A DNA stretch of 64,000 nt from positions 19,902,001-19,966,000 of the forward strand of contig CATNEN010000038.1 in the NCBI GenBank assembly GCA_950097015.1, written 5' to 3'. The DNA comes from Macrostomum hystrix (lineage: Eukaryota > Animalia > Platyhelminthes). The translations under genes and the position numbers were made by a program. Under the pieces are notes generated by a model that made no database searches, was not told the DNA's origin, and saw only the letters and a list, made by a program, of their open reading frames with translations. Positions 12,833-25,250 of the stretch are shown in pieces. Every line of letters starts with the position of its first letter. The first letter of the stretch is position 1.

Positions 12833-14387
12833 ATCAGGGATGACGTGGTGCTCACTGAATGGATGAGGAGGTGCTCACTGAAGTATCAGGGATGAGGTGG
12901 TGCTCACTGAAGTATCATGGATGAGGTGGTGCTCACTGAAGTATCAGGGATGAGGTGGTGCTCACTGAAGTATCAGGGATGAGGTGGTGCTCACTGAAGT
13001 ATCAGGGATGAGGTGGTGCTCACTGAATGGATGAGGTGGTGCTCACTGAAGTATCAGGGATGAGGTGGTGCTCACTGAATGGATGAGGTGGTGCTCACTG
13101 AAGTATCATGGATGAGGTGGTGCTCACTGAAGTATCAGGGATGAGGTTGTGCTCACTGAAGTATCAGGGATGAGGTGGTGCTCACTGAAGTATCAGGGAT
13201 GAGGTGGTGCTCATTGAATGGATGAGGTGGTGCTCACTGAAGTATCAGGGATGACGTAGTGCTCACTAAATGGATGAGGTGGTGCTCACTGAAGTATCAG
13301 GGATGAGGTGGTGCTCACTGAAGTATCAGGGATGAGGTGGGGCTCACTGAAGTATCAGGGATGAGGTGGTGCTCACTGAATGGATGAGGTGGTGCTCACT
13401 GAAGTATCAGGGATGAGGTGGTGCTCACTGAATGGATGAGGTGGTGCTCACTGAAGTATCATGGATGAGGTGGTGCTCACTGAAGTATCAGGGATGAGGT
13501 TGTGCTCACTGAAGTATCAGGGATGAGGTGGTGCTCACTGAAGTATCAGGGATGAGGTGGTGCTCACTGAATGGATGAGGTGGTGCTCACTGAAGTATCA
13601 GGGATGACGTAGTGCTCACTAAATGGATGAGGTGGTGCTCACTGAAGTATCAGGGATGAGGTGGGGCTCACTGAAGTATCAGGGATGAGGTGGTGCTCAC
13701 TGAATGGATGAGATGGTGCTCACTGAAGTATCAGGGATGACGTAGTGCTCACTAAATGGATGAGGTGGTGCTCACTGAAGTATCAGGGATGAGGTGGTGC
13801 TCACTGAAGTATCAGGGATGAGGTGGGGCTCACTGAAGTATCAGGGATGAGGTGGTGCTCACTGAAGTATCAAGGATGAGGGGGTGCTCACTGAATGGAT
13901 GAGGTGGTGCTCACTGAAGTATCAGGGATGAGGTGGTGCTAACTGAATGGATGAGGTGGTGCTCACTGAAGTATCAGGGATGACGTAGTGCTCACTAAAT
14001 GGATGAGGTGGTGCTCACTGAAGTATCAGGGATGAGGTGGTGCTCACTGAAGTATCAGGGATGAGGTGGGGCTCACTAAAGTATCAGGGATGAGGTGGGG
14101 CTCACTGAAGTATCAGGGATGACGTAGTGCTCACTAAATGGATGAGGTGGTGCTCACTGAAGTATCAGGGATAAAGTGGTGCTCACTGAAGTATCAGGGA
14201 TGAGGGGGTGCTCACTGAAGTATCAGGGATGAGGGGGTGCTCACTGAAGTATCAGGGATGAGGGGGTGCTCACTGAAGTATCAGGGATGAGGGGGTGCTC
14301 ACTGAAGTATCAGGGATAAAGTGGTGCTCACTGAAGTATCAGGATGAGGTATTGCTCACTGAGGTGGATGAGGGGGTGCTCACTGAA
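12833..14387. repeat. 29/23-bp minisatellite GATGAGGTGGTGCTCACTGAA(GTATCAGG or TG), array 2
   Basis: Tandem array ending about 90 bp from the DEG/ENaC stop codon. Confidence 0.95.
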
Positions 14388-14476
14388 CAGTTCTCCGGGT
14401 CGTTACAAAATAACACAGAAGTGAGACATTAAGTTAGTCGATTATTTCAGACGTGCTTCGGCACTTGCTGAGTACC

Positions 14477-16447
14477 CTACTCAACAGAGCTATTTACCTT
14501 TCGTGCGGTCTCTTCATCAAAGAAATCTTCATCCACGGCGTGAACATCGGTGCGACGCAGCAGCAGCTGCCGGGTCTCGGCGGCGGTATCCAGCGGCGGC
14601 ACTCCGAATCGCTTGGAGGCGACGGCAGCGGCTGCAACAGTCGATCCTGGAGCCGTTCGATATCCGTCCAGTTCAATGGTGGACGCCAGCGTGGCCTCGT
14701 TTGAGTGAGCTCCTGGTTGGCGCGAGAACGCTTCGTAGCAATGTAGCAGGAGGTCGATCAGCTCCACAATGGACACCATGGTTAGGCCGATGAAAATCGA
14801 TAGCAGGCCGCCGATCTGACTCAGGAATGACGTCAGTGATAGGACCTCCTTCTCTTCGACCTTGTGCAGATCGAAATTGGGTCGAATCAGCTGGATGGAC
14901 AGCAGGTTGCGCTCCAGGTGGTCCGCGCCGCGAAGTAGGCGGTAGGCTCCAGCCGAGTCGCCTGCGGCCTGCAGGCTGATCGCCTGCCTGTAGTCCTCCA
15001 GCTCGGCGCGGTCTCGGAGTCGCCTGTAGACCCTGCTCTGCAGCATCTGCAGCTGGAAAGACTTGGCAGGCCAGTCGGATGTCGATCGTTCTGTCTGGTA
15101 GCTGAAGAATGAGCAAGGCAGGGTGCAGGAGGGCACTACATCTTTTGCATACTTCGAGATCACCCTTTTCTTGCACTTGATGAAGTTGTACACTCGTTCT
15201 AACGCTACTGTGCATCGCCTATCGAAGCTTGGGCTCCATTCGCAGCTGCCTTCGTTCATGAACTCTGACAGGCCAGTGCAGTAAGTGAAGTCTGACGTCA
15301 TCACAAGCGGATATTCGATTGCCTGGCAGCCGCAGGTGTGAAGAATGTCCCGCTGGATGGTTACCTGCCGGCAGCTGTCCTCGCTGTAGCTGTACTCAGT
15401 GCCGAACAGACTGAGCACCTTTGGGGTGTCCGGCGAGCAACGGCCGTACGGTGGCTGCTTCTGAACATTCAGGACGTTCTTCAGCTTGACCTCCGTGAGG
15501 GAACCGGACTTCAAATGGATCGCATCGTGGTTTACATCCGGGTATGTGTCGCCTGCGTGGATGGTAAAGACCGCACCGGACAGCTGCGTGCTGATGTCCA
15601 TTGTGTAGCAGTCAACACAGTTGAGGTTTTCCAGACTCCACGGATTGTCCAAATAGATGGCCATCTCAACCATGCTCGTACTATTTCGCAGGTGCTCGCT
15701 CAGGTCCAAGGTGTAGCAGTTGAGATAGTTGCCGTGAACGAAGGCGCGAAATGTTCCAGCCGCGTTTGAGTCGTCAGTTGAGTCGCCGTAATCGCGACTG
15801 CAGAAGTGCTGATTCCGGGCGCTGCCGTTGCGCACCACGGCGCGGCAGTCTAGAATGAAGTCGCGTAGGGAGTGACCTAGTTCGGTCGCGCCCGCTGGGA
15901 GGCTCTCCAGGTAGGCGGCGAAGCCCAACGAGCCGGAGAAGTTATAGTACACGTGGCGCGTTGACGCGTTGAAGAAGTACAGATGGCGCGTGGCCAGCTC
16001 GACGGCCGTGGCAAAAGCGCGCGGATATTTCCAGCCCTGGCTGCGCAGGCGGCGCTTGCCGTGAGAGGACAGCGGGCGCGCGTTGCAGATCGTGACGGAT
16101 GGGAACGGCGAGTTGGCGTCCTTCAGCACTCGGGGCGGATGCATGACGTCATACTCGATGAACTGCAGAATTAGAAGGCTGAGGCAGAGCATGCAGCTGG
16201 CAAATAGGAGGACAACGAAGAAGACCCAGAGGAGACGGACGCGCCGACTGTCCGACTTGACAATGCGCGGAATGCCACGAATCGTAGTGTTCTCGCAGAA
16301 GCGAATAAACTGCCGATGCAGCTCGCTTCTCACAGGCCGCAGTGGCTGATGATCGACTCCGACTGCGCTGTTGTTGACGCTGTCGCAGTTGTTGTTACTG
16401 CTGCTCTTGGCGCGGGCTTGCATGGCTGTCTGTCGGTGAACAAACAA
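14477..16447 (-). CDS. DEG/ENaC (amiloride-sensitive sodium channel, ASIC/FaNaC-related) subunit, single coding exon; first ATG at 16423
   Basis: 656-aa ORF with pre-TM1 FCENTTIRGIPRI, TM1 LLWVFFVVLLFASCMLCLSLLILQF, FPSVTICN, NCYT, Cys-rich thumb (PPYGRC...C...CGC...C...CTLPC) and TM2 FLSQIGGLLSIFIGLTMVSIVELIDL. An acceptor ttctttcag lies immediately before 16447. Confidence 0.93.
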   Translation of the reverse strand: MFVHRQTAMQARAKSSSNNNCDSVNNSAVGVDHQPLRPVRSELHRQFIRFCENTTIRGIPRIVKSDSRRVRLLWVFFVVLLFASCMLCLSLLILQFIEYDVMHPPRVLKDANSPFPSVTICNARPLSSHGKRRLRSQGWKYPRAFATAVELATRHLYFFNASTRHVYYNFSGSLGFAAYLESLPAGATELGHSLRDFILDCRAVVRNGSARNQHFCSRDYGDSTDDSNAAGTFRAFVHGNYLNCYTLDLSEHLRNSTSMVEMAIYLDNPWSLENLNCVDCYTMDISTQLSGAVFTIHAGDTYPDVNHDAIHLKSGSLTEVKLKNVLNVQKQPPYGRCSPDTPKVLSLFGTEYSYSEDSCRQVTIQRDILHTCGCQAIEYPLVMTSDFTYCTGLSEFMNEGSCEWSPSFDRRCTVALERVYNFIKCKKRVISKYAKDVVPSCTLPCSFFSYQTERSTSDWPAKSFQLQMLQSRVYRRLRDRAELEDYRQAISLQAAGDSAGAYRLLRGADHLERNLLSIQLIRPNFDLHKVEEKEVLSLTSFLSQIGGLLSIFIGLTMVSIVELIDLLLHCYEAFSRQPGAHSNEATLASTIELDGYRTAPGSTVAAAAVASKRFGVPPLDTAAETRQLLLRRTDVHAVDEDFFDEETARKVNSSVE

Positions 16448-16827
16448 CTGAAAGAAGACGACGAGAATGCGCTCTCTTATCTCTGTCTTATCTCACGAAT
16501 TTCAGGGCTTGGCTTCTTGGAAAGGAGTTCCCGGGCCAGCCGGCCAGCCAATGGGAATAATTTACCTTGTTTCTTTTTTTGAAAGCTGAGTTAGGGAGTG
16601 GCAGGATGGATGGTGGGTGGAGCGAAGAAGAAAAGGATGGGGTGGGTGATAGCTCCAGCTGAGGCCGAATCGGGTGAAGCTTGTCAAACATCCAGAAATT
16701 TGAGTTGCCGGCCATTTCTGTCAGCCCAAGCTGTTGCACTTCTCCTTTTTTCTGGGCGGTTGAGACTTCTTACTCGCCTCGTTCAGGGGAAAACAAGACT
16801 TCATCCCTAAGTCCAGAATTCTTACAT

Positions 16828-17520
16828 TCTTTGACAAGGGGGATAGATTAGCAATCCATTCTATTCCTTGAAGCGGGGATAGACTAGCAATCCATTTTAT
16901 TCCTTGACACGGGGATAGATTAGCAATCCATTCTATTCCTTGAAGCGGGGATAGATTAGCAATCCATTCTATTCCTTGACACGGGTATAGATTAGCAATC
17001 CATTCTATTCCTTGACACGGGTATAGATTAGCAATCCATTCTATTCCTTGACACGGGTATAGATTAGCAATCCATTCTATTCCTTGTCGCGGGGATAGAC
17101 TAGCAATCCATTCTATTCCTTGACACGGGTATAGATTAGCAATCCATTCTATTCCTTGACACGGGTATAGATTAGCAATCCATTCTATTCCTTGACACGG
17201 GTATAGATTAGCAATCCATTCTATTCCATGACACGGGTATAGATTAGCAATCCATTCTATTCCTTGACACGGGTATAGATTAGCAATCCATTCTATTCCT
17301 TGTCGCGGGGATAGAATAGCATTCCATTCTATTCCTTGACACGGGTATAGATTAGCAATCCATTCTATTCCTTGACACGGGTATAGATTAGCAATCCATT
17401 CTATTCCTTGACACGGGTATAGATTAGTAATCCATTCTATTCCTTGACACGGGGACAGACTAGCAATCCATTCTATTCCTTGACACGGGTATAGATTAGC
17501 AATCCACTTTATTTCATGAC
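16828..17520. repeat. 36-bp minisatellite ACGGGTATAGATTAGCAATCCATTCTATTCCTTGAC
   Basis: Tandem array whose core is the reverse complement of the 19528-23140 unit. Confidence 0.95.
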
Positions 17521-18019
17521 TACAGAAATATTTAGATTACATTCGATTCGTCCGCTAGCTTCGGCACTGTAAACGGTTGCTTAAAACTATTTTATCAATA
17601 AACTGAGATTCTATAGTCGTGTTGGGATGAAGCTAGTGATAATTTCTCTGGGGCGGCTGTGGTGGCACTGAATGTGTGGGTTCGTGCCTATTGGGCCTAA
17701 AGTTTTCATGGAGCATTGATCAACTTTCTGGCACGACTGCAGTGTTTTCACTCTGTAGTGACAAAAAATTTTAGATAACTTTGACTAGTTGCATTTGCAC
17801 TAAATCAGATTCATGAGAAGCTAGCGCATGCTATTGGCCCACGTCAACATGGCCTCTGACTCTGAGAATACTGAAACTGCCCCTGTACGGGATGGAATCT
17901 TGCACTGTTGTGTATTTTTCTGCTGTTAAAATCCAAATTTTTTTGACAGATAAATGCGATCTCGAACAGGTAGTTTTTATGTGTAAAAGTTTTTCATCTG
18001 CTGCACCCGTCTGTATCTT

Positions 18020-18666
18020 GTCTGACAGGTAGGCGTCTTGTCTAACAGGTAGGCGTCTTTTCTAACAGGTAGGTGTCCTGTCTAACAGGTGGGCGTCTTG
18101 TCTAACAGGTAGGTGTCTTGTCTGACAGTTAGGTGTCTTGTCTAACAGGTAGGCGTCTTGCCTAACAGGTAGGTGTCTTGTCTGACAGGTAGGTGTCTTG
18201 TCTGACAGTTAGGTGTCTTGTCTAACAGGTAGGCGTCTTGTCTAACAGGTAGGTGTCTTGTCTGACAGTTAGGTGTCTTGTCTAACAGGTAGGCGTCTTG
18301 TCTAACAGGTAGGTGTCTTGTCTAATAGGTAGGTGGCTTGTCTAACAGGTAGGTGTCTTGTCTAATAGGTAGGTGGCTTGTCTGACAGGTAGGTGTCTTG
18401 TCTGACAGGTAGGTGTCTTGTCTGACAGGTAGGTGTCTTGTCTGACAGGTAGGTGTCTTGTCTAACAGGTGGGCGTCTTGTCTAACAGGTAGGTGTCTTG
18501 TCTGACAGGTAGGTGTCTTGTCTAACAGGTAGGTGTCTTATCTGACAGGTAGGTGGCTTGTCTAACAGGTAGGTGTCTTGTCTAACAGGTAGGTGTCTTG
18601 TCTAACAGGTAGGTGTCTTGTCTGACAGGTAGGCGTCTTGTCTAACAGGTAGGTGTCTTGTCTAAC
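18020..18666. repeat. 20-bp minisatellite TCTAACAGGTAGGTGTCTTG
   Basis: About 32 tandem copies. Confidence 0.95.
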
Positions 18667-19527
18667 CAGTTGGTGTATTGTTGGTGTATTAGTGTATTGT
18701 ATTGTCTAACTGTTAGGAATCTTGTCTAACTGGTAGGCATTACTTTTAAGAGAGTGAATTTCTTGTCTAGCATGCAGGAATTTTGTTAACAGGTGGGTTA
18801 TCTGGTCCAAAGGGCAGTTTCTTTTTTTATTGAAAAGTACACGGTGAAAATAAACCTTGTTTGACTTTGGTCATTCTGAAAGTCGCAAATTGCTCTACTA
18901 TAAGTAGCAAGTAGGAAATGCTAACGAAAAGCTGTTCGGAACGTCACAAAACTTTTAATTGAATGATTTGTCTAGAGAGTCCAGCCAGGCGTCACTGATT
19001 GGGTCAGCGTGGCTGATCAGCTCTGGCTGACGGATAGTCTCCCTTATCCAATGAATTTAGCGCAGTCCGTCCTCTAGGCCTACCCTCAGCTTAAAAGCGG
19101 ACCGGTGAAAAACTGAAGGTGGGCGAAAAAAAACGCGCATTAGCTCAACAAGCCTCAGTAGCGGCAGCTAATTTGGTTAAAATATTGAAGCAGCAAAGAC
19201 CCATAAGCGGCCCTACCCAATGGTGAGTAGTCCCGTTCAATATTGTGTGGGCGGCGTTTTTTGGAAAGGAAAACAGTGAAAAACACACACCACCCTTTTA
19301 GGGCTTAAATCCATCATGAACAAGCAAGGGAAGAACTCCCCTTGTTTGAGATCCTCAATTCATGAATGCCTAAATATTGATTGCCACAACACTCAGCTCA
19401 TGAAATTGGTGAAAAGATAAATACAAAAAAACTTCCAGGCCTTTAAAAAGTGTGGCTCATTGGCTACAAAAGATAGTACTGTTATAAACGAGATCGATCC
19501 CAATGGGTGAAGGGATATAATGGATCG

Positions 19528-22500
19528 CTAATATATCCCTATAGCCATAGAATAGAATGGATTGCTAATCTGTCCCTATAGCCATAGAATAGAATGGATT
19601 GCTAATCTGTCCCTATAGCCATATAATAGAATGGATTGCTAATCTGTCCCTATAGCCATAGAATAGAATGGATTGCTAATCTGTCCCTATAGCCATAGAA
19701 TAGAATGGATTGCTAATCTGTCCCTATAGCCATAGAATAGAATGGATTGCTAATCTGTCCCTATAGCCATATAATAGAATGGATTGCTAATCTGTCCCTA
19801 TAGCCAAATAATAGAATGAATTGCTAATCTGTCCCTATAGCCAAATAATAGAATGAATTGCTAATCTGTCCCTATAGCCAAAGAATAGAATGAATTGCTA
19901 ATCTGTCCCTATAGCCAAATAATAGAATGGATTGCTAAACTGTCCCTATAGCCAAAGAATAGAATGAATTGCTAATCTGTCCCTATAGCCAAAGAATAGA
20001 ATGGATTGCTAATCTATCCCTATAGCCAAATAATAGAATGGATTGCTAATCTGTCCCTATAGCCAAAGAATAGAATAATTTGCTAATCTGTCCCTATAGC
20101 CAAAGAATAGAATGGATTGCTAATCTGTCCCTATAGCCAAAGAATAGAATGGATTGCTAATCTGTCCCTATAGCCAAATAATAGAATGAATTGCTAATCT
20201 GTCCCTATAGCCAAAGAATAGAATGGATTGCTAATCTGTCCCTATAGCCAAAGAATAGAATGTATTGCTAATCTGTCCCTATAGCCAAAGAATAGAATGG
20301 ATTGCTAATCTGTCCCTATAGCCATAGAATAGAATGGATTGCTCATCTGTCCCTATAGCCATAGAATAGAATGGATTGCTAATCTATCCCTATAGCCATA
20401 GAATAGAATGGATTGCTCATCTGTCCCTATAGCCATAGAATAGAATGGATTGCTAATCTGTCCCTATAGCCAAAGAATAGAATGGATTGCTAATCTGTCC
20501 CTATAGCCAAAGAATAGAATGAATTGCTAATCTGTCCCTATAGCCATAGAATAGAATGGATTGCTAATCTGTCCCTATAGCCAAAGAATAGAATGAATTG
20601 CTAATCTGTCCCTATAGCCAAAGAATAGAATGGATTGCTAATCTGTCCCTATAGCCAAAGAATAGAATGGATTGCTAATCTGTCCCTATAGCCAAAGAAT
20701 AGAATGGATTGCTAATCTGTCCCTATAGCCAAAGAATAGAATGGATTGCTAATCTGTCCCTATAGCCAAATAATAGAATGGATTGCTAATCTGTCCCTGT
20801 AGCCAAAGAATAGAATGGATTGCTAATCTATCCCTATAGCCAAAGAATAGAATGGATTGCTAATCTGTCCCTATAGCCATAGAATAGAATGGATTGCTAA
20901 TCTGTCCCTGTAGCCAAATAATAGAATGGATTGCTGATCTGTCCCTATAGCCATAGAATAGAATGGATTGCTAATCTGTCCCTATAGCCATAGAATAGAA
21001 TGGATTGCTAATCTGTCCCTATAGCCATAGAATAGAATGGATTGCTAATCTGTCCCTATAGCCAAATAATAGAATGGATTGCTAATCTGTCCCTATAGCC
21101 AAAGAATAGAATGAATTGCTAATCTGTCCCTATAGCCAAAGAATAGAATGGATTGCTAATCTGTCCCTATAGTCATAGAATAGAATGGATTGCTAATCTG
21201 TCCCTATAGCCATAGAATAGAATGGATTGCTAATCTGTCCCTATAGCCATAGAATAGAATGGATTGCTAATCTGTCCCTATAGCCAAATAATAGAATGGA
21301 TTGCTAATCTGTCCCTATAGCCAAAGAATAGAATGAATTGCTAATCTGTCCCTATAGCCAAAGAATAGAATGGATTGCTAATCTGTCCCTATAGCCAAAT
21401 AATAGAATGGATTGCTAATCTGTCCCTATAGCCATAGAATAGAATGGATTGCTAATCTGTCCCTATAGCCATAGAATAGAATGGATTGCTAATCTGTCCC
21501 TATAGCCATAGAATAGAATGGATTGCTAATCTGTCCCTATAGCCAAATAATAGAATGGATTGCTAATCTGTCCCTATAGCCAAAGAATAGAATGAATTGC
21601 TAATCTGTCCCTATAGCCATAGAATAGAATGGATTGCTAATCTGTCCCTATCGCCAAATAATAGAATGGATTGCTAATCTGTCCCTATAGCCAAAGAATA
21701 GAATGGATTGCTAATCTGTCCCTATAGCCATAGAATAGAATGGATTGCTAATCTGTCCCTATAGCCATAGAATAGAATGGATTGCTAATCTGTCCCTATA
21801 GCCATAGAATAGAATGGATTGCTAATCTGTCCCTATAGCCAAATAATAGAATGGATTGCTAATCTGTCCCTATAGCCAAAGAATAGAATGGATTGCTAAT
21901 CTGTCCCTATAGCCATAGAATAGAATGGATTGCTAATCTGTCCCTGTAGCCAAATAATAGAATGGATTGCTAATCTGTCCCTATAGCCATAGAATAGAAT
22001 GGATTGCTAATCTGTCCCTATAGCCAAAGAATAGAATGAATTGCTAATCTGTCCCTATAGCCAAAGAATAGAATGGATTGCTAATCTGTCCCTATAGCCA
22101 AATAATAGAATGGATTGCTAATCTGTCCCTATAGCCAAAGAATAGAATGGATTGCTAATCTGTCCCTATAGCCATAGAATAGAATGGATTGCTAATCTGT
22201 CCCTATAGCCATAGACTAGAATGGATTGCTAATCTATCCCTATAGCCAAATAATAGAATGGATTGCTAATCTGTCCCTGTAGCCAAATAATAGAATGGAT
22301 TGCTAATCTATCCCTATAGCCATAGAATAGAATGGATTGCTAATCTGTCCCTATAGCCATAGAATAGAATGGATTGCTAATCTGTCCCTATAGCCAAATA
22401 ATAGAATGGATTGCTAATCTGTCCCTATAGCCAAAGAATAGAATGAATTGCTAATCTGTCCCTATAGCCAAAGAATAGAATGGATTGCTAATCTGTCCCT

Positions 22501-23140
22501 ATAGCCAAATAATAGAATGGATTGCTAATCTGTCCCTATAGCCAAATAATAGAATGGATTGCTAATCTGTCCCTATAGCCAAAGAATAGAATGAATTGCT
22601 AATCTGTCCCTATAGCCAAAGAATAGAATGGATTGCTAATCTGTCCCTGTAGCCAAAGAATAGAATGGATTGCTAATCTATCCCTATAGCCAAAGAATAG
22701 AATGGATTGCTAATCTGTCCCTATAGCCATAGAATAGAATGGATTGCTAATCTGTCCCTGTAGCCAAATAATAGAATGGATTGCTAATCTGTCCCTATAG
22801 CCAAAGAATAGAATGGATTGCTAATCTGTCCCTATAGCCAAATAATAGAATGGATTGCTAATCTGTCCCTATAGCCAAAGAATAGAATGAATTGCTAATC
22901 TGTCCCTATAGCCAAAGAATAGAATGGATTGCTAATCTGTCCCTATAGCCAAATAATAGAATGGATTGCTAATCTGTCCCTATAGCCAAAGAATAGAATG
23001 GATTGCTAATCTATCCCTATAGCCAAAGAATAGAATGGATTGCTAATCTGTCCCTATAGCCATAGAATAGAATGGATTGCTAATCTGTCCCTATAGCCAA
23101 ATAATAGAATGGATTGCTAATCTGTCCCCGTAGTCAAAGA
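19528..23140. repeat. 37-bp satellite CCCTATAGCCAWAGAATAGAATGGATTGCTAATCTGT
   Basis: About 3.6 kb, roughly 97 copies. Confidence 0.97.
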
Positions 23141-23649
23141 TTAGCATGCATTGCTATAAAGTTAGATCTACTGGAAAAAAAAACTTTTTTATTGCGAGCT
23201 ATATTTAAGTGAAAAAGTGCAGCTAATTAAAAATAATAACGGATTCTTTTTTGAACAAAAAAGTCTGATTTCTGAGCAGTCCAAAATCATCATAAATTTT
23301 CATTCCTTTATTTTTAACTTAATGTTTGTAAACAAAATTTTTACAATCCTTCATCGAACCCACTGCTCAAGAAACTACACTTGATCAGACAGATGAGCAG
23401 TAAATCAGGCTAGACTGATTTCAGTAATCATTGCCTCACTCTGATCAAATATGTCTTTCTTTGTGTGTCTCTACTATCTCTAATTCTCTAATTCGCTGTT
23501 CCTAACCCCAGTCATAGCTACACTTTGACACCATCTTGGGATCCAGCCCATTTCTCTATTTCTCAGGTTCTCAAATTACCGCCAAGAATCACAAGGGTTT
23601 TACTCACGCACTGACTCATCGATTTGAGCATATATAGATTTGATGCCGC

Positions 23650-25250
23650 TGCCCTTTAACTCCCCTCCATTCACCCACTGCACTTTAACTCCCATCCATT
23701 CACCCACTGCCCTTTAACTCCCATCCATTCACCCACTGCCCTTTAACTCCCCTCCATTCACCCACTGCCCTTTTAGCTTCCCTCCATTCACCCACTGCCC
23801 TTTTAGCTTCCCTCCATTCACCCACTGCCATTTTAGCTTCCCTCCATTCACCCACTGCCCTTTTAGCTTCCCTCAATTCACCCACTGCCCTTTTAGCTTC
23901 CCTCCATTCACCCACTGCCCTTTTAGCTTCCCTCCATTCACCCACTGCCCTTTTAGCTTCCCTCCATTCACCCACTGCCCTTTTAGCTTCCCTCAATTCA
24001 CCCACTGCCCTTTTAGCTTCCCTCCATTCACCCACTGCCCTTTTAGCTTCCCTCAATTCACCCACTGCCCTTTTAGCTTCCCTCAATTCACCCACTGCCC
24101 TTTTAGCTTCCCTCCATTCACCCACTGCCCTTTTAGCTTCCCTCAATTCACCCACTGCCCTTTTAGCTTCCCTCCATTCACCCACTGCCCTTTTAGCTTC
24201 CCTCAATTCACCCACTGCCCTTTTAGCTTCCCTCAATTCACCCACTGCCCTTTTAGCTTCCCTCCATTCACCCACTGCCCTTTTAGCTTCCCTCCATTCA
24301 CCCACTGCCCTTTTAGCTTCCCTCAATTCACCCACTGCCCTTTTAGCTTCCCTCCATTCACCCACTGCCCTTTTAGCTTCCCTCAATTCACCCACTGCCC
24401 TTTTAGCTTCCCTCCATTCACCCACTGCCCTTTTAGCTTCCCTCAATTCACCCACTGCCCTTTTAGCTTCCCTCCATTCACCCACTTCCCTTTTAGCTTC
24501 CCTCAATTCACCCACTGCCCTTTTAGCTTCCCTCCATTCACCCACTGCCCTTTTAGCTTCCCTCAATTCACCCACTGCCCTTTTAGCTTCCCTCCATTCA
24601 CCCACTGCCCTTTTAGCTTCCCTCAATTCACCCACTGCCCTTTTAGCTTCCCTCCATTCACCCACTGCCCTTTTAGCTTCCCTCCATTCACCCACTGCCC
24701 TTTTAGCTTCCCTCAATTCACCCACTGCCCTTTTAGCTTCCCTCAATTCACCCACTGCCCTTTTAGCTTCCCTCAATTCACCCACTGCCCTTTTAGCTTC
24801 CCTCCATTCACCCACTGCCCTTTTAGCTTCCCTCAATTCACCCACTGCCCTTTTAGCTTCCCTCCATTCACCCACTGCCCTTTTAGCTTCCCTCAATTCA
24901 CCCACTGCCCTTTTAGCTTCCCTCAATTCACCCACTGCCCTTTTAGCTTCCCTCCATTCACCCACTGCCCTTTTAGCTTCCCTCAATTCACCCACTGCCC
25001 TTTTAGCTTCCCTCAATTCACCCACTGCCCTTTTAGCTTCCCTCCATTCACCCACTGCCCTTTTAGCTTCCCTCAATTCACCCACTGCCCTTTTAGCTTC
25101 CCTCAATTCACCCACTGCCCTTTTAGCTTCCCTCCATTCACCCACTGCCCTTTTAGCTTCCCTCCATTCACCCACTGCCCTTTTAGCTTCCCTCAATTCA
25201 CCCACTGCCTTTTAACTCCTCTCCATTCACCCACTGCCCTTCAAACCAAC
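23650..25250. repeat. 30-bp minisatellite CCCACTGCCCTTTTAGCTTCCCTCMATTCA
   Basis: About 50 near-identical copies. It explains the ORF 23700-25205 (-). Confidence 0.97.

Noticed and set aside
14453-16810. Antisense and alternate-frame ORFs over the channel gene (likewise over the GPCR and orphan genes)
   Set aside because: They are shadow ORFs of GC-rich coding sequence.
23700-25205. 501-aa ORF of (REAKRAVGEW/L)n
   Set aside because: It is a stop-free frame of a 30-bp minisatellite, starting at GTG with no unique flanking coding sequence.
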